64,000 nt of DNA, taken from NCBI GenBank assembly GCA_964019335.1, contig OZ025736.1:186001-250000 (forward strand). Direction: 5' to 3'. This document shows, in pieces, positions 62,595 through 64,000 of this stretch. Under the pieces are notes generated by a model, which searched no databases, was not told the DNA's origin, and was given only the letters and a program-made list of their open reading frames with translations. This DNA is from Diplonema japonicum (lineage: Eukaryota > Protista > Euglenozoa: Diplonemea). The stretch's first letter is position 1. Each line of letters begins with the position of its first letter. The position numbers and the translations under genes are program-made.

Positions 62595-64000
62595 TCAGTT
62601 CTTAACGAACCTTATGCTGCAGTTTCCACCATGACCCATACTGATGACCTAAAAAAAAACGGTAAAGAAAAAAAAAAATCAAACACACCGAGTGCCCCTT
62701 CACAACTTCATCACCAGCAATGAAAACCTCCACAGACTCATCACGAGCAGGATAAAGCATGGTGTAAAGAACCTGGTTTCTCGCCGCCACCACCACCTTA
62801 CAGTGCTGAGTGGGCTTCGTCCACGGCGCCGTTCTATATAAAAGATCCTCCTGTATCTGTTTAAGCGAAGCCTTGATGGCAGGCCTCTTGGGGTAGGTGA
62901 TGCACAATGTTGGCACTGGGCTCAGCCCTGCGACCTTGTGGTACCCTGCCATCGTGTGCAGCCCGATACTTATGAGCTTTGTAACGACAGTGTCGCTGTC
63001 ACCGTGAACAGCTACCCTGGCAACAGGGTGCAGTCCCCGCGGCCCTGCCACAAGGATGTTAATCCCCTTGAAGGTGACGCCTTGCCTCGAGCTGATGCAC
63101 ACCATGTCATGTGCTTCAGTCAAGATGGGCTGCTTGGTCCCGTGTACAAGCCTCACACACACACCATCGCTGGTCAGTGACAAGTCGTTGCTGTTATCTG
63201 TTTTGTAGCTAACGAGCACCTTGTCCCTGCAGGCCAACAGCACCTTGTTGTACGTGGTGGAGTGCCCCTTCGCCTCCAGTGTGAAGCTGTCGACCACATC
63301 GCATGGGTCGTGCCTCCTGGGCATCAGAAGCTTCCTGTTGGGGTACCGGAGCAGGGGTGTCCTGTTTCTCTTGATTCTAACAGGCCACCTGGCGCACCTG
63401 GAGTATTGCTTGATGCCTTCTGGTGTGTTTAGCATGCATGTGGAGCCGAAGTGCACGTTGCCCTCCATGTCGGAGATGTACACGATGTCCGAGTGGTCGC
63501 GGATCACAAGGTCTGGTGTGGGCACCTCGTCGAAGATGCCGCCACAGTCGTCGTCGTCGCGCAGGACGACCCGCATGCCCTCATTGGTGGGCATCATGAC
63601 GGAGTGCGCGTACCTCACGTTCCCATCCTTGTCCACGACGTACGCCACCTCCGTGTCTGCGTTCTTGTACTTGTCGTACTCCTTCTGCAGCATTGTGATC
63701 TTGTGCGCTGTGCCGTCTGCAGCCACGTTGAACACATCGATCTTTCTCTTGCGGCACACCTCAGTCTCGCAGACGGGCTCCTTGCACCCCAGCCATGTGA
63801 TCAAGGGGTGGTCGTCCCACTTGATTGTGAGGTTCGGTTCGCAAAGCCCTTTGATAGGGACGGCAAGGGGCGACCTGCGCAGCGACACAATCGGCACCTC
63901 CGTGATGCTCGGCCCGTCCGGACACCACTCCTTGTCTACGAGAAACCTGCTTACGAGATGCCCCTTGTCGTCGCCGATGATGTTCCTCACGGCGGGGAGT
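62595..64000 (-). CDS. Hypothetical protein, 5'-truncated by the window edge; probable 40-nt intron at 62649-62688
   Basis: Long open frame. The GTGTGT...polyT...TTAG segment translates as an implausible CLIFFFLYRFFL; removing it gives SVISMGHGGNCSIRFVKN*. Confidence 0.72.

Overview
Eukaryotic genomic DNA, most likely from a euglenozoan (diplonemid-like) protist. This is inferred from the gene organisation: about 20 protein genes all lie head-to-tail on the minus strand, often only 50-120 nt apart, yet several carry very short canonical GT-AG introns (mostly 33-47 nt). The first ~13 kb is an accessory/decay zone. It holds a gap-truncated multipass membrane gene, a (GGGTTTGC)n array, a ubiquitin-like+LRR gene, AlkB-like and tyrosinase pseudogenes, and two defective TTAA-flanked piggyBac elements. 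The rest is gene-dense: a zinc-finger protein, a second multipass membrane protein, a Rab GTPase, endonuclease III, a channel with three cyclic-nucleotide-binding domains, a four-domain Ca/Na channel (DEEE filter, 7 micro-introns at its 3' end), a CAP-Gly protein, a LYR protein, a giant repeat protein, an EF-hand protein, a GMC oxidoreductase-like protein, a Schlafen/AlbA-2+zinc-finger protein, a RING-PCMT-Yippee-Yippee fusion and a giant IQ/LRR protein. The best candidate for a novel system is the RING + isoaspartyl-methyltransferase-like + tandem Yippee (beta-tent fold) fusion, a possible single-chain damaged-protein E3 ligase. All domain calls come from motif recognition by eye, not from database searches.
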